From: Nannocystales bacterium | GTDB lineage: Bacteria; Myxococcota_A; Polyangia; Nannocystales; Nannocystaceae | Assembly (NCBI GenBank): GCA_050633305.1 | Contig: JBOEGF010000024.1 | Coordinates: 160,001 to 224,000, forward strand | Length of the DNA: 64,000 bases | Direction of reading: 5' to 3' | Part shown: piece by piece, positions 37,879 to 48,698 of the stretch | How the letters are laid out: the number at the start of each line of letters is the position of its first letter | How positions within the stretch are numbered: position 1 is the first letter of the stretch | The notes under the pieces: model-generated | What the model saw: only the letters and a program-made list of their open reading frames with translations | Told to the model about the DNA's origin: nothing | Databases searched by the model: none | Position numbers and translations under genes: made by a program

Positions 37879-39369
37879 TCACCCCTTCGGAGGTAGGCCC
37901 ATGACAGGGTCCACCAACATGTTCGCCAGGCAGGTCATTCCGCTTTCGTACTCGTCGTCGCAAATCGATTCAACACAGCATTTGACGAGATGCTCCCCAT
38001 CTTCGCCGACCTGGCCGTCGAGGTGTGAACACAAGTCGAGGGTACGAAGCGGCGGCGTGGCCTGGGCGACACCGGTGCTCTCGGGCCGGGAGCAGCCCGG
38101 TCCGATGCCGTAGTTGAACTGCAGATCGGCGGCGGTCACCCCCGCGGCGGCGTCTTCCGGCAACACATCATCTTCTGTCCAGTCGCGGATGACGAGGCTG
38201 TCTCGACCACCCTCGATGGGTTGGAAGGGCGGGTCGGGGTTGTGGGCGGTGACGGTGGGTACCCCGAGCAGACCCAGCATGAACACCGGCTTGCCTTGGT
38301 CCTGCGAGAGGTAGTCCAGAAAGCTGCTGTAGCGATCGATGGGCTGGAGGTTGTCGCTCGCGCTGGGCTGACAGTCGTAGACACCACCCCCCTGGTCGAC
38401 GCAGTCGGCGGCCGCGTTCCAGCACACCGCGCTGCTCAGCATCGGGGTACCCGTGTTGGGACTGACCTCGTAGAGGTCGGCATTGTTCATCATCGCGGGT
38501 GTACGTATCGAGCAGTCGACCTCGTTGCTTAGAAGGACCACGCCCAACGCTGCGCCGTCTCGGACGAACGGGCGCGGACCCTGATTCCAGGTGGCCTCGG
38601 GGTTGAGCGTCTGCAGCATTGCTTCGAGCGGGGATTCGAACCCGCACCCGTTGACCCCCATCGGCGCCATGCAGGCCAACGCCTGCGCGGTCGCGGTCTC
38701 CAGCTCTCCGTCCCCGTCGAGGTCGACCGAGCCTTCCTGGGGCAGGTTGTGTACATCGGGGTTGAACGCGACGAATAGGTCGAGGTCCGGTGCGAGCGGC
38801 TCGGGGCAGACCGAAGTGCAGGCTTCCGCTTCGCTCGGCGCGTCGGTGCCAAGCCCGACGAAGTCCTGGAGCCGGTCGGTGCACGCCGTGGTGACCGGCG
38901 AGCCCATCGCAGGCGCGTAGCCCTCGGGTTGGAAGGGGGTGCAGAACTGGTTGTCCATGTCCGTGGTGGTGAACATCACCTGCACGTCGGCTTGCAGTCC
39001 CCGCAGCTGCTCATCGAGCTGAATCATGCTCAACGCGAGCGCGCGCTGAGCCCCTGCCATCCCCGAGGAGTTGTCCACGACAACAATGACATCGAGCATG
39101 CAGTTGTCGGTGAGGCATCCAGTCGTCGGAGTGTCGGTCTCTGCGGTGTCGTCCGCCGAGCCTCCCGTCGTTCCCGCCGCGGTTGTGGACGGGTCGGTCG
39201 CCGTGGTCGAGGACGTTGTTGTCGCGGGATCCGGTACCCCGAGACTGGTCGAGCTGTCACTGCCTCCGGTTCCCGAGCTTCCCTCTGCGTCGGTCCCCGA
39301 CGATGAGACGACCGGCCCGCAAGCGGTCCCGAGCAGTGCCAATCCTAGCGACATCCGAACTGTAATCAT
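37879..39369 (-). CDS. vWA-like myxobacterial lipoprotein
   Basis: GTAC lipobox, DVIVVVDNSSGM, GCGFESPLEAM, EVDCS. Confidence 0.78.
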   Translation of the reverse strand: MITVRMSLGLALLGTACGPVVSSSGTDAEGSSGTGGSDSSTSLGVPDPATTTSSTTATDPSTTAAGTTGGSADDTAETDTPTTGCLTDNCMLDVIVVVDNSSGMAGAQRALALSMIQLDEQLRGLQADVQVMFTTTDMDNQFCTPFQPEGYAPAMGSPVTTACTDRLQDFVGLGTDAPSEAEACTSVCPEPLAPDLDLFVAFNPDVHNLPQEGSVDLDGDGELETATAQALACMAPMGVNGCGFESPLEAMLQTLNPEATWNQGPRPFVRDGAALGVVLLSNEVDCSIRTPAMMNNADLYEVSPNTGTPMLSSAVCWNAAADCVDQGGGVYDCQPSASDNLQPIDRYSSFLDYLSQDQGKPVFMLGLLGVPTVTAHNPDPPFQPIEGGRDSLVIRDWTEDDVLPEDAAAGVTAADLQFNYGIGPGCSRPESTGVAQATPPLRTLDLCSHLDGQVGEDGEHLVKCCVESICDDEYESGMTCLANMLVDPVMGLPPKG

Positions 39370-39658
39370 GCGGCCACGGTACCAGCGAGGGGAGATTCGC
39401 GGGACCCGCAGGGACGTCTTCGGCGAAGAGAGAAACCGGGCGATTTGTTGGGGCCTGCGAGTCCTTGGGCCCGATCCCCTGAGCGACATGGCGCCATCGA
39501 GAGCGATGTTGGCCCCACGCCGTCCACGACACGTCGCGCGCAGGGACAACCAGCGCGCCCGCGGGCGTCTTGATGTGCAGATCATCCATGAGGGGGACTG
39601 CAACAGCTCGCCAACGTAGCAGCGAACTGCGAGCTGACCAGGTGGTGGTGGATTAAAC

Positions 39659-40027
39659 GTGGTGTTGGACGAGGACCGTTTCGCGACTCTGCTGCGGCGT
39701 GCGATGGTCCTGATGACGAGGGGCGACGGTCACGTCGACACGAACGAGTTGGTCCGCATCCTGTGGATCATGCGTAGACGGTTCAAGCGGACGCTGGAAC
39801 CGGAAGCCATCGTGGCTCTGATCAACGAGCAAGTCGCCAGCGGGGTCCGACTTCACGAGCTCTTGGCAGAACACGCCGACAGCCTCGAGCAGGAGCAAAA
39901 GCGCCTCGGCGAGACCGTCGATGAAGAAGATGCGCTGATGGCCCGCATTGCGCAGTCCTTGCGAATCGGACCCCAGGGGTACCGGACCCTGATGCGACAG
40001 GCGATGGTCGCCCGCGAGTCCTTGTAG
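39659..40027 (+). CDS. TerB-like protein, possibly internally deleted
   Basis: MVLMTRGDGHVDTNE...RIAQSLRI pattern, with a short second half. Confidence 0.45.
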   Translation: MVLDEDRFATLLRRAMVLMTRGDGHVDTNELVRILWIMRRRFKRTLEPEAIVALINEQVASGVRLHELLAEHADSLEQEQKRLGETVDEEDALMARIAQSLRIGPQGYRTLMRQAMVARESL

Positions 40028-40216
40028 GACCCGGTCGCTTCGGTCAGCGGTTAAGTGAAAGGAGGTGGGAAGACCGAGGTCGTGCGGAGTCGTCGAGCGG
40101 CGGGGGACCGCGCCGGATGTCCAAGGGACGAGCGGCGCGGAGACCGAAGGGGTACGAAGACCGCCACGGACCGGGAAGCCGGCGGTTGGAGATCTTTGCG
40201 CCCTCGGTTGCTCGCA

Positions 40217-40774
40217 TCAGTTGTCCAGGGTGATGTCGTCGACGAACAGTTCCTGACCCCCGAACCGCAGGACGTCGACGTTGCCGAGCATCTCGACCAC
40301 CCCGACACGGCATCCTCCGACGGAGACCTCCGAGACCGAGACCGTCGTGCCTCCGAGAGAGCTGGGTACGTTGGAGAAGTGTTGAACGTTGGAGAGTTGC
40401 CCGTTCACCGAGAGGTTCACGCTTCCACCGCAATCCGCGTACTTGAACTTCGCGCTGGTGGCCGTCGAGGACGGCGTCATCCGAACGGTGATGTTGGCCA
40501 TTTGAAGCTCCTTGGGCGTGAAGCCGTTGGCTTCTCCGTCGTCGGTGATCTCCGCTTCGCCGTATGCCCACGTGTTGCTAATGCTCCGGAACCGCATGAA
40601 TCGGACGTCGGCATCGGGCAGGGCGAAGTTGGCGCCCACGTTGAACTCCTGCCCGACCGTGGACTGGTCGAAGCCGACGGCCACGTTGAGGGCCAGCGCA
40701 ATGGAGGGGACCGACAGCCCGATGCCCAAGGCGAGCAGCGGAGCGACAAGACGTGTCTTTCTATTTTTCGTCAT
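40217..40774 (-). CDS. Secreted beta-rich hypothetical protein
   Basis: Signal peptide ending ALA. Confidence 0.65.
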   Translation of the reverse strand: MTKNRKTRLVAPLLALGIGLSVPSIALALNVAVGFDQSTVGQEFNVGANFALPDADVRFMRFRSISNTWAYGEAEITDDGEANGFTPKELQMANITVRMTPSSTATSAKFKYADCGGSVNLSVNGQLSNVQHFSNVPSSLGGTTVSVSEVSVGGCRVGVVEMLGNVDVLRFGGQELFVDDITLDN

Positions 40775-40903
40775 CGCTGCGTACGAGTCCCCTTACGCGA
40801 GGACGGATTGCGCTGTCCGTCGGTTTATTCGGGCCTCCGTAGATGTGAAGAAAGTCTCTTCCTTCCGAAATCCACGCCGGGCGGCATTTACTCCTACTGA
40901 ACG

Positions 40904-42274
40904 ATGAAGAAGATAGATCTTGCCTGTCTGCTGCTTTGCTGCTCCGTGGCTTGCGATGTTCCTACCGAGGACTCCGTGCCGGAAGGAGAGGCCGGCACCA
41001 AGGTGGCCGAGGATGGGACGGAGGCGTCTGAGAGCCGCCGACTCCGAAACGTCGACGCCGGTGTGCCCGATGCCCGCACTGGCGCCGTCACCTGGGAGTA
41101 CGCAGGGGAGGTGGAGGACAGAGCTCCCCGTAACTACGAATCGACGTGGCGCTTCGAGCCTCCTGAAGAATCCGTCGAGGCCAACGTGGATGTGGCGGAA
41201 CTGCTTCGCGACAGCATTCGGGTCGACGTCGAGGGTCGCATGTGGAGGTTCAAGTCGTTGGACCGAGGCTCGCTGCAGAAGAAGCTCCGGGCCAGCTATC
41301 AGGCCCAACTCGAGGCTGGCTTCGACCCCCATGAGCTCGTCGACCCTGACACGGAAGCCGACGAGTACAACCTGCCGTCCCCGGCCTCCGAGCGAGCCCA
41401 AGACGACAGCACACCATGGCTACCGTTGGCGTGGTCCAGCCAGACCTGCCCAGACGGGAACTCACTCACGACGTGGGACGGCGATGGTCGGATACGAATC
41501 AACCGCAGTACCCTCGACGGACGCCGCTCTTCCGTCGTCGTCGTCGCATCCTATGATCCAGGAACGCTCACGACTTCAGCCAACTGCACTGGAGTTCTCG
41601 TGGGGCGGAGCTGGGTGCTAACGGCTGCGCACTGCGTCGCTGACGACAACGGGATCGAAGACCCACCGAGCTTCATACGCGTCGCTGCCGGCGGAGGCGA
41701 CCACCCGAATCCCCAAATACCACCATTCTACACGAACTTTGATGGGTGGTACGGAGTTCAATCCGTGATCGTGCCCTCGCAGTACAACGGCAGCAGCATC
41801 AATCGCGACTACGCTCTGCTCGAACTCGGGACGCAGATGAACCCCGCCACCGCCGACGTGATGCGTTTCTCCGCTGCCTCCCAGAACACCTGGGCGGCCT
41901 CGACTCCTCACAACATCTCCTACCCAGGATACGGCCCCAACTGTGCCAACAACACCTTCCCTGGCTCTACGATGGTCAACACGCCCAGCGGACCTGTTCT
42001 GATTTCGCAGTTTCGGCAGCGCGCATACCGACAACACCCGGTCGGTGGAGTCAACTTCGTCAGCTCGAACAAGATCGGAACCAACCTCGACTCTGTCGGT
42101 GGACAGTCCGGATCCGCGATCTTCCGTTGTGGGGGTGGGACCTGTGAGAACGGAGAGACTGCATGGATCATGGGTCTAATGACCTCCCGATTCTACAGTA
42201 ACTTCCGGTGGCACAACGGGGGTCCCAACGCCAACCAGTTCAGGGACTGGGCCGAGGCATTGATCGACGATTGA
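40904..42274 (+). CDS. Trypsin-like (S1) serine protease lipoprotein
   Basis: SVAC lipobox, LTAAHC, RDYALL, GGQSGS catalytic triad. Confidence 0.88.
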   Translation: MKKIDLACLLLCCSVACDVPTEDSVPEGEAGTKVAEDGTEASESRRLRNVDAGVPDARTGAVTWEYAGEVEDRAPRNYESTWRFEPPEESVEANVDVAELLRDSIRVDVEGRMWRFKSLDRGSLQKKLRASYQAQLEAGFDPHELVDPDTEADEYNLPSPASERAQDDSTPWLPLAWSSQTCPDGNSLTTWDGDGRIRINRSTLDGRRSSVVVVASYDPGTLTTSANCTGVLVGRSWVLTAAHCVADDNGIEDPPSFIRVAAGGGDHPNPQIPPFYTNFDGWYGVQSVIVPSQYNGSSINRDYALLELGTQMNPATADVMRFSAASQNTWAASTPHNISYPGYGPNCANNTFPGSTMVNTPSGPVLISQFRQRAYRQHPVGGVNFVSSNKIGTNLDSVGGQSGSAIFRCGGGTCENGETAWIMGLMTSRFYSNFRWHNGGPNANQFRDWAEALIDD

Positions 42275-42464
42275 TCGCGCTGTGAGGGCCTCTTCATCGC
42301 GGTGCCCCGAGAACGATGCCTTGCGCGGTTCTGTCCAGGCCGGAGGCTGGATGGGTCCTCGCGTCTCTTCGGAACGCGCACTTGCGCCTGAGTTGTCGTG
42401 GGCGTGTGAACTCTGAACCACTGGTCCATACTGTCCTTACTGGACATGGCCTCGTGTCTCAAGG

Positions 42465-42905
42465 TCATGTCGTGGAAACGAGGTCGGGTATGGGCCCGGG
42501 TCCGGTCGAATCACCCCCGGTCGTCGACGCTCCCCCGGACGTGGAACTCGAGCTCCCGCCCGATCCCGATCCTGTGGAACTCCCGGTCGCCTCGCCCGTT
42601 GTGCCGCTTCCCGTCGTACCGCCGCCGGTTGTGCCCTCTGTGTCACCCGTCGATCCAGTATCGGTTCCGTCGGTCGTCGAGCCAGTACCCGTTCCGTCGG
42701 TCGTCGAGAAGCCCGTGCTCCCGTCCGGAAACGCTCCCGTTCCATATGCAGGCTCAAACTCGGGCTCAGTGGCGTCACACCCCGCCGTCAGGAGGCCAAG
42801 CGACAGTGCCCCGATGGCGAGTAGGCGCTTGGAGGCGCCACAATGCGGACATCTTTCACCGACGAGGACTGGGCGATCGCAACGAGAACAAGAAACCAAC
42901 GGCAT
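42465..42905 (-). CDS. Small protein with Zn-ribbon, lipobox-like segment and Thr/Gly tail
   Basis: CSRC...CPHC, LTAGC, PAYG. Confidence 0.6.
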   Translation of the reverse strand: MPLVSCSRCDRPVLVGERCPHCGASKRLLAIGALSLGLLTAGCDATEPEFEPAYGTGAFPDGSTGFSTTDGTGTGSTTDGTDTGSTGDTEGTTGGGTTGSGTTGEATGSSTGSGSGGSSSSTSGGASTTGGDSTGPGPIPDLVSTT

Positions 42906-42980
42906 GTGCGGGTAGTGTCCCCCGAGAGGTCTTCGATCACCAGAACGCAGGTATAGACGAAAAACTTTGGCGGAGTCAGA

Positions 42981-43456
42981 TGGTGGTTGCAACACGGACA
43001 TTCCGAAGGGAAGAGAAATGATGCAACGAACCTACTCAGCGTCGGATCGCCGAGAGCTGTGGCGCAGATGGCGAGAGGGAGAGTCCCAGGCGGACATCGC
43101 CTGGGCGCTGAGCCGCAACCCAGGAAGCGTCCATCGCTTCCTCATGGCGAGTGGAGGCGTCGAGCCCAGGGCCCGCAAGCGGAGCGCTCGGGCCCTCTCG
43201 CTCAGTGAGCGCGAGGAGATTTCTCGTCGGCTCGCCCAAGGGGCGGGGGTTCGGGCAATCGCCCGCGCTTTGAGGCGTCCTCCGTCGACGGTCTCGAGGG
43301 AGGTCTCTCGAAACGGTGGAGCCCGCTCGTATCGCGCCTCAGCAGCCGACCAACGGGCCTGGGATCGGGGCCGACGTCCGAAGCCTTGCAAGCTGGCGAA
43401 AGAGGGGCGGCTGCGCCGTGTCGTGGCAGGGAAGCTCCAAGAACTGGTCTCCCGAG
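42981..43456 (+). pseudogene. IS30-family transposase 5' fragment with probable left end
   Basis: LSLSEREEISR...IARALRRPPSTVSREVSRNGG..YRA, RRPKPCKL, frameshifted WSPE; no DDE domain; TGGTGGTTGCAACAC upstream. Confidence 0.85.
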
Positions 43457-43845
43457 CGCACAGCTCAAGGTCGACCCGAATCGGGCGATGCTCTCGCTAC
43501 ATCCGAATCGGTCCAAGCACTTGACTCTCGTCCCTTGTCCGGGTCTGTGTGTCTTGCCAACACGGTCTCGGGCGAAGGGCGACACCTTGCATGTCGTTGG
43601 ACGAGCAGGCGTCGAGGCAAGAGACGCGGGCCACGTCTGATTGGGGCACGTGCTCCGCGCCCGGATGCTCTGTGTTTGTGGACTTGCCGGCGGTGAATGT
43701 CACCGGGGCGCCGATTCCGTCAGACGGGCCGCAACTTTTCCGAAGTTCTCCTCGGCCGCCTTGAAAAGTGGGGAGGCTGCAAAGCCGGGAGGTGTTTCGC
43801 TGAATCCCCTCCGAGTTCCCGTCGTTCAGTTTGCATGTCTCGAAC

Positions 43846-44210
43846 GATTCGGTGTGTCTTGGGGTTGATGTTTGGAGCAATGGGTTGTGGCGACAGTGCA
43901 AGTCCGGCCGACCCCACCATGAGTGATGGGTCTACGAGTGGCGCTGGAACTACCGCCGCTGCGGACTCAGGTCTGCCCGGCGGTGGCGAGGATGCCTCCT
44001 CTGGAAGCGGCGGTGCAGCCGAGGACACCTCCGGCGAGACGTCGGGGGGCAGTGGCTCCAGCGGACAGGGGGGCGCAGAGTGTGAGCCAGGTTGGCTGGA
44101 CTGCGACGACGAGCCAGGCTGCGAGTCGAGTGCGGACACCGTAGCCACGTGCGGCAGCTGTGAGAAGAGCTGCGAAGTGGCGGGGACGCAGCTGGCGTGC
44201 TCCGAGGGAC
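43846..44210 (+). pseudogene. Truncated Cys-rich lipoprotein
   Basis: AMGC lipobox, linker, DCDDEPGCE...TCGSC; the sequence then loses protein-like character. Confidence 0.45.
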
Positions 44211-44801
44211 TCCGCCCCGACTCGAAGTTGTCGTCTCCTACTGACGAGGGGCGCGGCGCCGCAGGAGCGCGCCGACGATGGAGTCTTGCCATCAGCGTGC
44301 CGTCCGCGGTGGCCTCGAGAACGTGGTCGCGGCGGCCGCGGGATCGAGGGGAGGTTCGTGCGCTGAGGCAGCAGCCGTGGGGTTGCTGGAGTCGGGAAGC
44401 TCGCGCGACGCGTCGAGGTCGGCCGCGGGATCTTCTGGGAGGGCCGGCTCGGCCTTGAGTGCGACGACATCGCCGTCGGTTCACATCGGCTGCGGAATCT
44501 GAACCAGTCCACGGTCGCCACGGGCATTGCCGGGCACTCGTCGACGAAGACGACGCAGCCCTACAACCGCTCGGCGCAGACGGTGCAGCGCGATGAGATC
44601 GAGCGGGTGAGGTTCTGATGGCGGGGTTTGTGAAGCCGTACTCGAAGAGAAGGAAAGGTGGCGAGAGAGGAGGGCAAGCCAGACGTGTACCGCTACCCGG
44701 CACGGAAGAGCCCGACTACCCGTTGCTGCTCAAGCCGTACTCGTCCGCCAAGCTGGCACGAACGATCCGCGGCATCCTCGACGGCTAGCTGCACTCTATC
44801 G

Positions 44802-45968
44802 TCATTGGGTGACCGTGAACGGTTCGAACACGCCTTGCAGGGGCGGTGGGCGGTGGGGGCGGTGCACGTCGGCGCGGAAGTGTTTCGTCGGGGGCGTCGT
44901 CGTTTCGATGACGATCGTGCCGTCGCCAGGATAGGTCGTACGGGTTTCGTAGACGACGCGACCGCGGTCGGTCTTGCCGCCTCGTTCGGCGCGCGCGAGC
45001 CAGGGGCGTGTGCAGGCGGGGACCGGTGTTTCGATGCACACGAGCTTCAGGGTGAAGGGGCCCGCGGCGTAGCCCGCTTCGAATGTGACCGTGTATTCCT
45101 CGGCTTCGGGAAGCCCCCGGCCGAGGTCCACGGGGTGTCCGAGCGAGTCCCCGACGCGCTGGCTGGGGTAGCTCTTCTCGTGGCGAGCGAGCGGAGGGGT
45201 GTGAAACCAGCCATCTTCGGTCCACACCCCGAGCGCATGCAGTCCGTCGCGAAATGAGGCCTCCCAGCCGTAGAACAGCGCGGTATGGGAGGCGGTGGGC
45301 TTCTCGATCTCCGCCACCCTTGGCGTGTCCGGCAGCTCTTTCGCGTGTCGAGCGGCGAGGCGAGCGGTGCGAGTTTCGAGTGAGGCGAAGGGCCCCGCGA
45401 GTGCGTAGAACGCCGCGGGTCCCGTGTTCGCGGTCACCGGCGGGGCGCGACGCATTGGCTGTGGACCCCAGGACGCGTCGAGCGGGACTTTGGGTCTCGC
45501 GTCCGTTTCTTTCGGGGCGTTCGCGCAGGCCTCGCGGCACTCGACGAACTCTTGTTTGGCTCGCGAGGAGTCCGACTTCGTGAGGGCGACGACACAACCG
45601 TTTTCGCACGTGGTCCACCCGCACGGTTGGAAGTCGTCGGACTCGGGCGTGCACGTGCTGGAGAACTGGTAGACCGTGCCATCTCTCCTGCAGACGTGGG
45701 ATATGGCGTCTCTGCACGGTTGCTCGTGAATGCACGCGATGAGTGGTGGCCGTTCGTCCCCACCGGGTCCCAACTCGCCCCCGCGCACCACCGTGCACGC
45801 CTCGGCCGCTTCGCACTCGGAGCGTTCCAGGCCGACGCAGGGGTTGGCCTGCGTTGCCTTGGCGGGTTGCTCGACCCTGGGATCGGTCGGATGCGTGTCG
45901 ACGGGAGCGGTTGCGGAACATCCCGCGAGGGTGGCGAACAGGGCGAGTCGGCGCGAGGCGGGCATCAT
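44802..45968 (-). CDS. Lipoprotein, hypothetical
   Basis: LAGC lipobox, Cys-rich N-terminal region. Confidence 0.6.
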   Translation of the reverse strand: MMPASRRLALFATLAGCSATAPVDTHPTDPRVEQPAKATQANPCVGLERSECEAAEACTVVRGGELGPGGDERPPLIACIHEQPCRDAISHVCRRDGTVYQFSSTCTPESDDFQPCGWTTCENGCVVALTKSDSSRAKQEFVECREACANAPKETDARPKVPLDASWGPQPMRRAPPVTANTGPAAFYALAGPFASLETRTARLAARHAKELPDTPRVAEIEKPTASHTALFYGWEASFRDGLHALGVWTEDGWFHTPPLARHEKSYPSQRVGDSLGHPVDLGRGLPEAEEYTVTFEAGYAAGPFTLKLVCIETPVPACTRPWLARAERGGKTDRGRVVYETRTTYPGDGTIVIETTTPPTKHFRADVHRPHRPPPLQGVFEPFTVTQ

Positions 45969-46478
45969 CGGACCTCCGGAACGTCGTGCGCCAGCGGGCC
46001 ATTTCAGTGGCGGTGGCGGAATCGAGTGATAAATCGCATGTTGCACCCGTCCCGTCGAGGTCAAGGCATCGCAGAAGAACCGCACTTTGCGTCGTGCGAG
46101 CACGATTCGCATCGTTGCAGATCGTCTTCGCACGACTGCCGACATTGATAGACGTCGGATTGGTGGTTCTCACTGCAACAGTCGAGTTGAGCGTCGACCG
46201 GTCGGTGTGGAGTCCTTCGATGGGCCACGAAGCGAGGTTCGCCTCATCCGAGGCCTCGAAGCAGCCATCAATGGCCAACGCATGCGGGTGGACGAAGAGC
46301 CGAGGGGCGAGACCGAGGTTAGCCGCGCATCCGAGGGGTTGATGCCGGTGGCGCGAGGGCCGCAAACGGGGGGGGAGAATTCTCGAATGGGGCGAGACGA
46401 TGGCCTCTCGCCTCGGAAGATGGTGGGCCCCTCCAGGATGCGGTGCGCAGCGAGGGGGAACTATCAGACGACGACAAA

Positions 46479-46912
46479 GGGTCGGAACCACATCGGTGCA
46501 AAAAGGTGCAAGAGCGCCACTGGCGCGGCGCCCTCGGGCCCGTCGCTCAGAGGGTGAGCTGCACGGACCCTGGAGGCCCGATGTGCGGGCGACGAATACG
46601 ACTGCGGTTGAGCTTGTAGGTGCCGTAGAGGATGACGTTGCTCCACTCGGTCGGGCTGATGTGCTTGTGCATCGAGACGTCGATGCCATCGTCCTGCGGG
46701 TCGCCTTGCCGGGTCGCCCGCGACATCTCGCGAGCTTGCCAGTAGATGATGCAGGCGACGATGAGCGTCAGGCAGCTTCAGCTGTTCATCTGCTCCCACA
46801 GCTCGCGAGGCTTGATCCGACCTCGGCGTCCATAGAAGACGTCCCGAGACAGGGCGTGAAGCTGTGCGGCCTTGAGCAGCCCCTTGCGGACTCTACTTCT
46901 CAGCTCCGGCTT
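46479..46912 (-). pseudogene. Tn3-family transposase C-terminal remnant with probable terminal IR
   Basis: LHALSRDVFYGRRG...EQMNS*SCLTLIVACIIYWQ...HISPTEWSNVILYGTY with an internal stop; GGGTCGGAACC...AAAAAGGTGCAAG IR-like at 46479-46515. Confidence 0.8.
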
Positions 46913-47022
46913 GGAGTGACCCGCACCGAGAATCTCGGGGAACGTTCCGGGAGGTGACGCGACTACAACGGGGCTGCAGTCTGCACGGCACGGAAGCTCG
47001 AACGGAATCAAGGGCCACGACA

Positions 47023-47189
47023 CTAGCAGGGTGAGGAAAAAGTCCCACGCAGTGCATCACGGCGCCCTCGCCATGCATAGCTGCGTTCCTCATCGGTCAC
47101 AGGTGTCCAACCAGCTCCCTCTTCGCGCCTTGCTCTGCATGGCGATGACACCGTTCTGCATACGCGCGACTTTTTCCTCACCCTGCTAG
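47023..47189. mobile_element. MITE-like foldback element
   Basis: Perfect 22-bp inverted repeat CTAGCAGGGTGAGGAAAAAGTC / GACTTTTTCCTCACCCTGCTAG; inner TCGCCATGCA/TGCATGGCGA; non-coding. Confidence 0.8.
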
Positions 47190-47224
47190 GGGGCGAATCG
47201 CGAGAATCTAGGCGCAGTGGGCCT

Positions 47225-48487
47225 TCAGTCCGTATCCGTCACGACCCCGGCGCGCTCGAGCATCGCGTGCAGCAGGACGTTGCAGCCCGCCGTGATGTGC
47301 TCGGGCTTGGCGTCTTCGATCTCGTTGTGGCTGATCCCGTCCTTGCAGGGAATGAAGATCATGCCGGCGGGTGCGAGCCCGGCCATGTAGATCGCATCGT
47401 GCCCGGCGCCCGAGACGACACGCATGTTCGAGTAGCCGAGCCGTTCGGCCGCGCCCTGGACGGCGGTGACACACTCCTCATGGAACGGTTGGGCGGCGTA
47501 CTCCGAGACGACCTCGAGCTCGATGGGCAGTCCGGACTCGCGCTGCACTTCGGCGATCACGTTGCGGAGGTCGGCGTCCATCGCATCGACGAGTTCGTTG
47601 GTGCTGTTGCGCAGGTCGACGGAGAACTTGACCTCTCCGGGGATGACGTTGCGGCTGTTGGGGTGCACCGACACATTCCCAACGGTGCCGCGGCCGTGGG
47701 GTTCGTGACGGTGCGCGATGGCGACGACCTCCTGGATGAGCTTCGCCGCGACTTGCATCGCATCCTTGCGCAATGCCATCGGGGTGGGTCCGGCGTGCGC
47801 CTCCATCCCGGTGACGGTGCAGTCGTACCAGCGGATGCCAAGGACGCCGGGGACGACGCCAATCACGACATCGTTGTCTTCGAGCACCGGCCCTTGTTCG
47901 ATGTGGGTCTCGAAGTAGGCGCCGATCGGGTGGTCGCCGGGTTCTTGATCCCCGATGTAGCCGATGCGCTCCAGCTCTGCCTGCACGGAGAGTCCCTCCG
48001 CGTCGGTGGCAGCGTAGGCGTGCTCGAGGGAGAACGCCTTGGCGAACACACCCGAGCCCATCATGACCGGGACAAAGCGGGAGCCTTCTTCGTTGGTCCA
48101 AAATGCGACCTCGATCGGCGCCTCGGTTTGGATCCCGCGGTCGTCGAGCGTTCGTACGACCTCCAGTCCGGCGAGGACTCCATAGTTGCCGTCGAACTTG
48201 CCCCCGGTCGGCTGGGTATCGATGTGACTCCCCGTGACGATGGGCGGGAGGTCGTTGTTCTTGCCTGCACGACGCAGGAACCCGTTCCCGATCTTGTCGA
48301 CCGTGACCGTCATGCCAGCCTCTTTGGCCCAACCGATCACGAGGTCCCGGCCCTGCTTGTCGAGGTCGGTGAGTGCCAGTCGGCAGACACCACCCTTGGG
48401 TGTCGCGCCGATCTCGGCCAGTTCCATCAGAGATCGCCAAAGGCGTTCGCCATTGACGCGGAGCTTGTCGACCGTCGGGCTGGTCAT
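47225..48487 (-). CDS. M20-family Zn-dependent amidohydrolase (allantoate amidohydrolase / beta-ureidopropionase type)
   Basis: GSHIDTQPTGGKFDG, WTNEEGSRF, HIEQGP, SGAGHDA, GISHN. Confidence 0.92.
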   Translation of the reverse strand: MTSPTVDKLRVNGERLWRSLMELAEIGATPKGGVCRLALTDLDKQGRDLVIGWAKEAGMTVTVDKIGNGFLRRAGKNNDLPPIVTGSHIDTQPTGGKFDGNYGVLAGLEVVRTLDDRGIQTEAPIEVAFWTNEEGSRFVPVMMGSGVFAKAFSLEHAYAATDAEGLSVQAELERIGYIGDQEPGDHPIGAYFETHIEQGPVLEDNDVVIGVVPGVLGIRWYDCTVTGMEAHAGPTPMALRKDAMQVAAKLIQEVVAIAHRHEPHGRGTVGNVSVHPNSRNVIPGEVKFSVDLRNSTNELVDAMDADLRNVIAEVQRESGLPIELEVVSEYAAQPFHEECVTAVQGAAERLGYSNMRVVSGAGHDAIYMAGLAPAGMIFIPCKDGISHNEIEDAKPEHITAGCNVLLHAMLERAGVVTDTD

Positions 48488-48698
48488 CGTTGCCGCGCAG
48501 GGTATCACCGGCCGTTGTCGCCTTCACGGGGCCCGGAGTGCTCGACGTTTCGGGGCGGTACTCGAGCCTCGGCGAGAGCGACGGCTCCTGGTCCCGCGGC
48601 CGGACGCGCTCGCAAAAAAACATGTCGCTTCTCGTGATCACGGGCGCGATGTCGAGCACTACCCCCGCGATGCCCAGGAACGGGTGTCAGGAAACAAC

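Noticed and set aside
22434..48487. puuE and the M20 amidohydrolase as one purine-catabolism cluster
   Set aside because: They are about 24 kb apart with unrelated genes between; no operon evidence.
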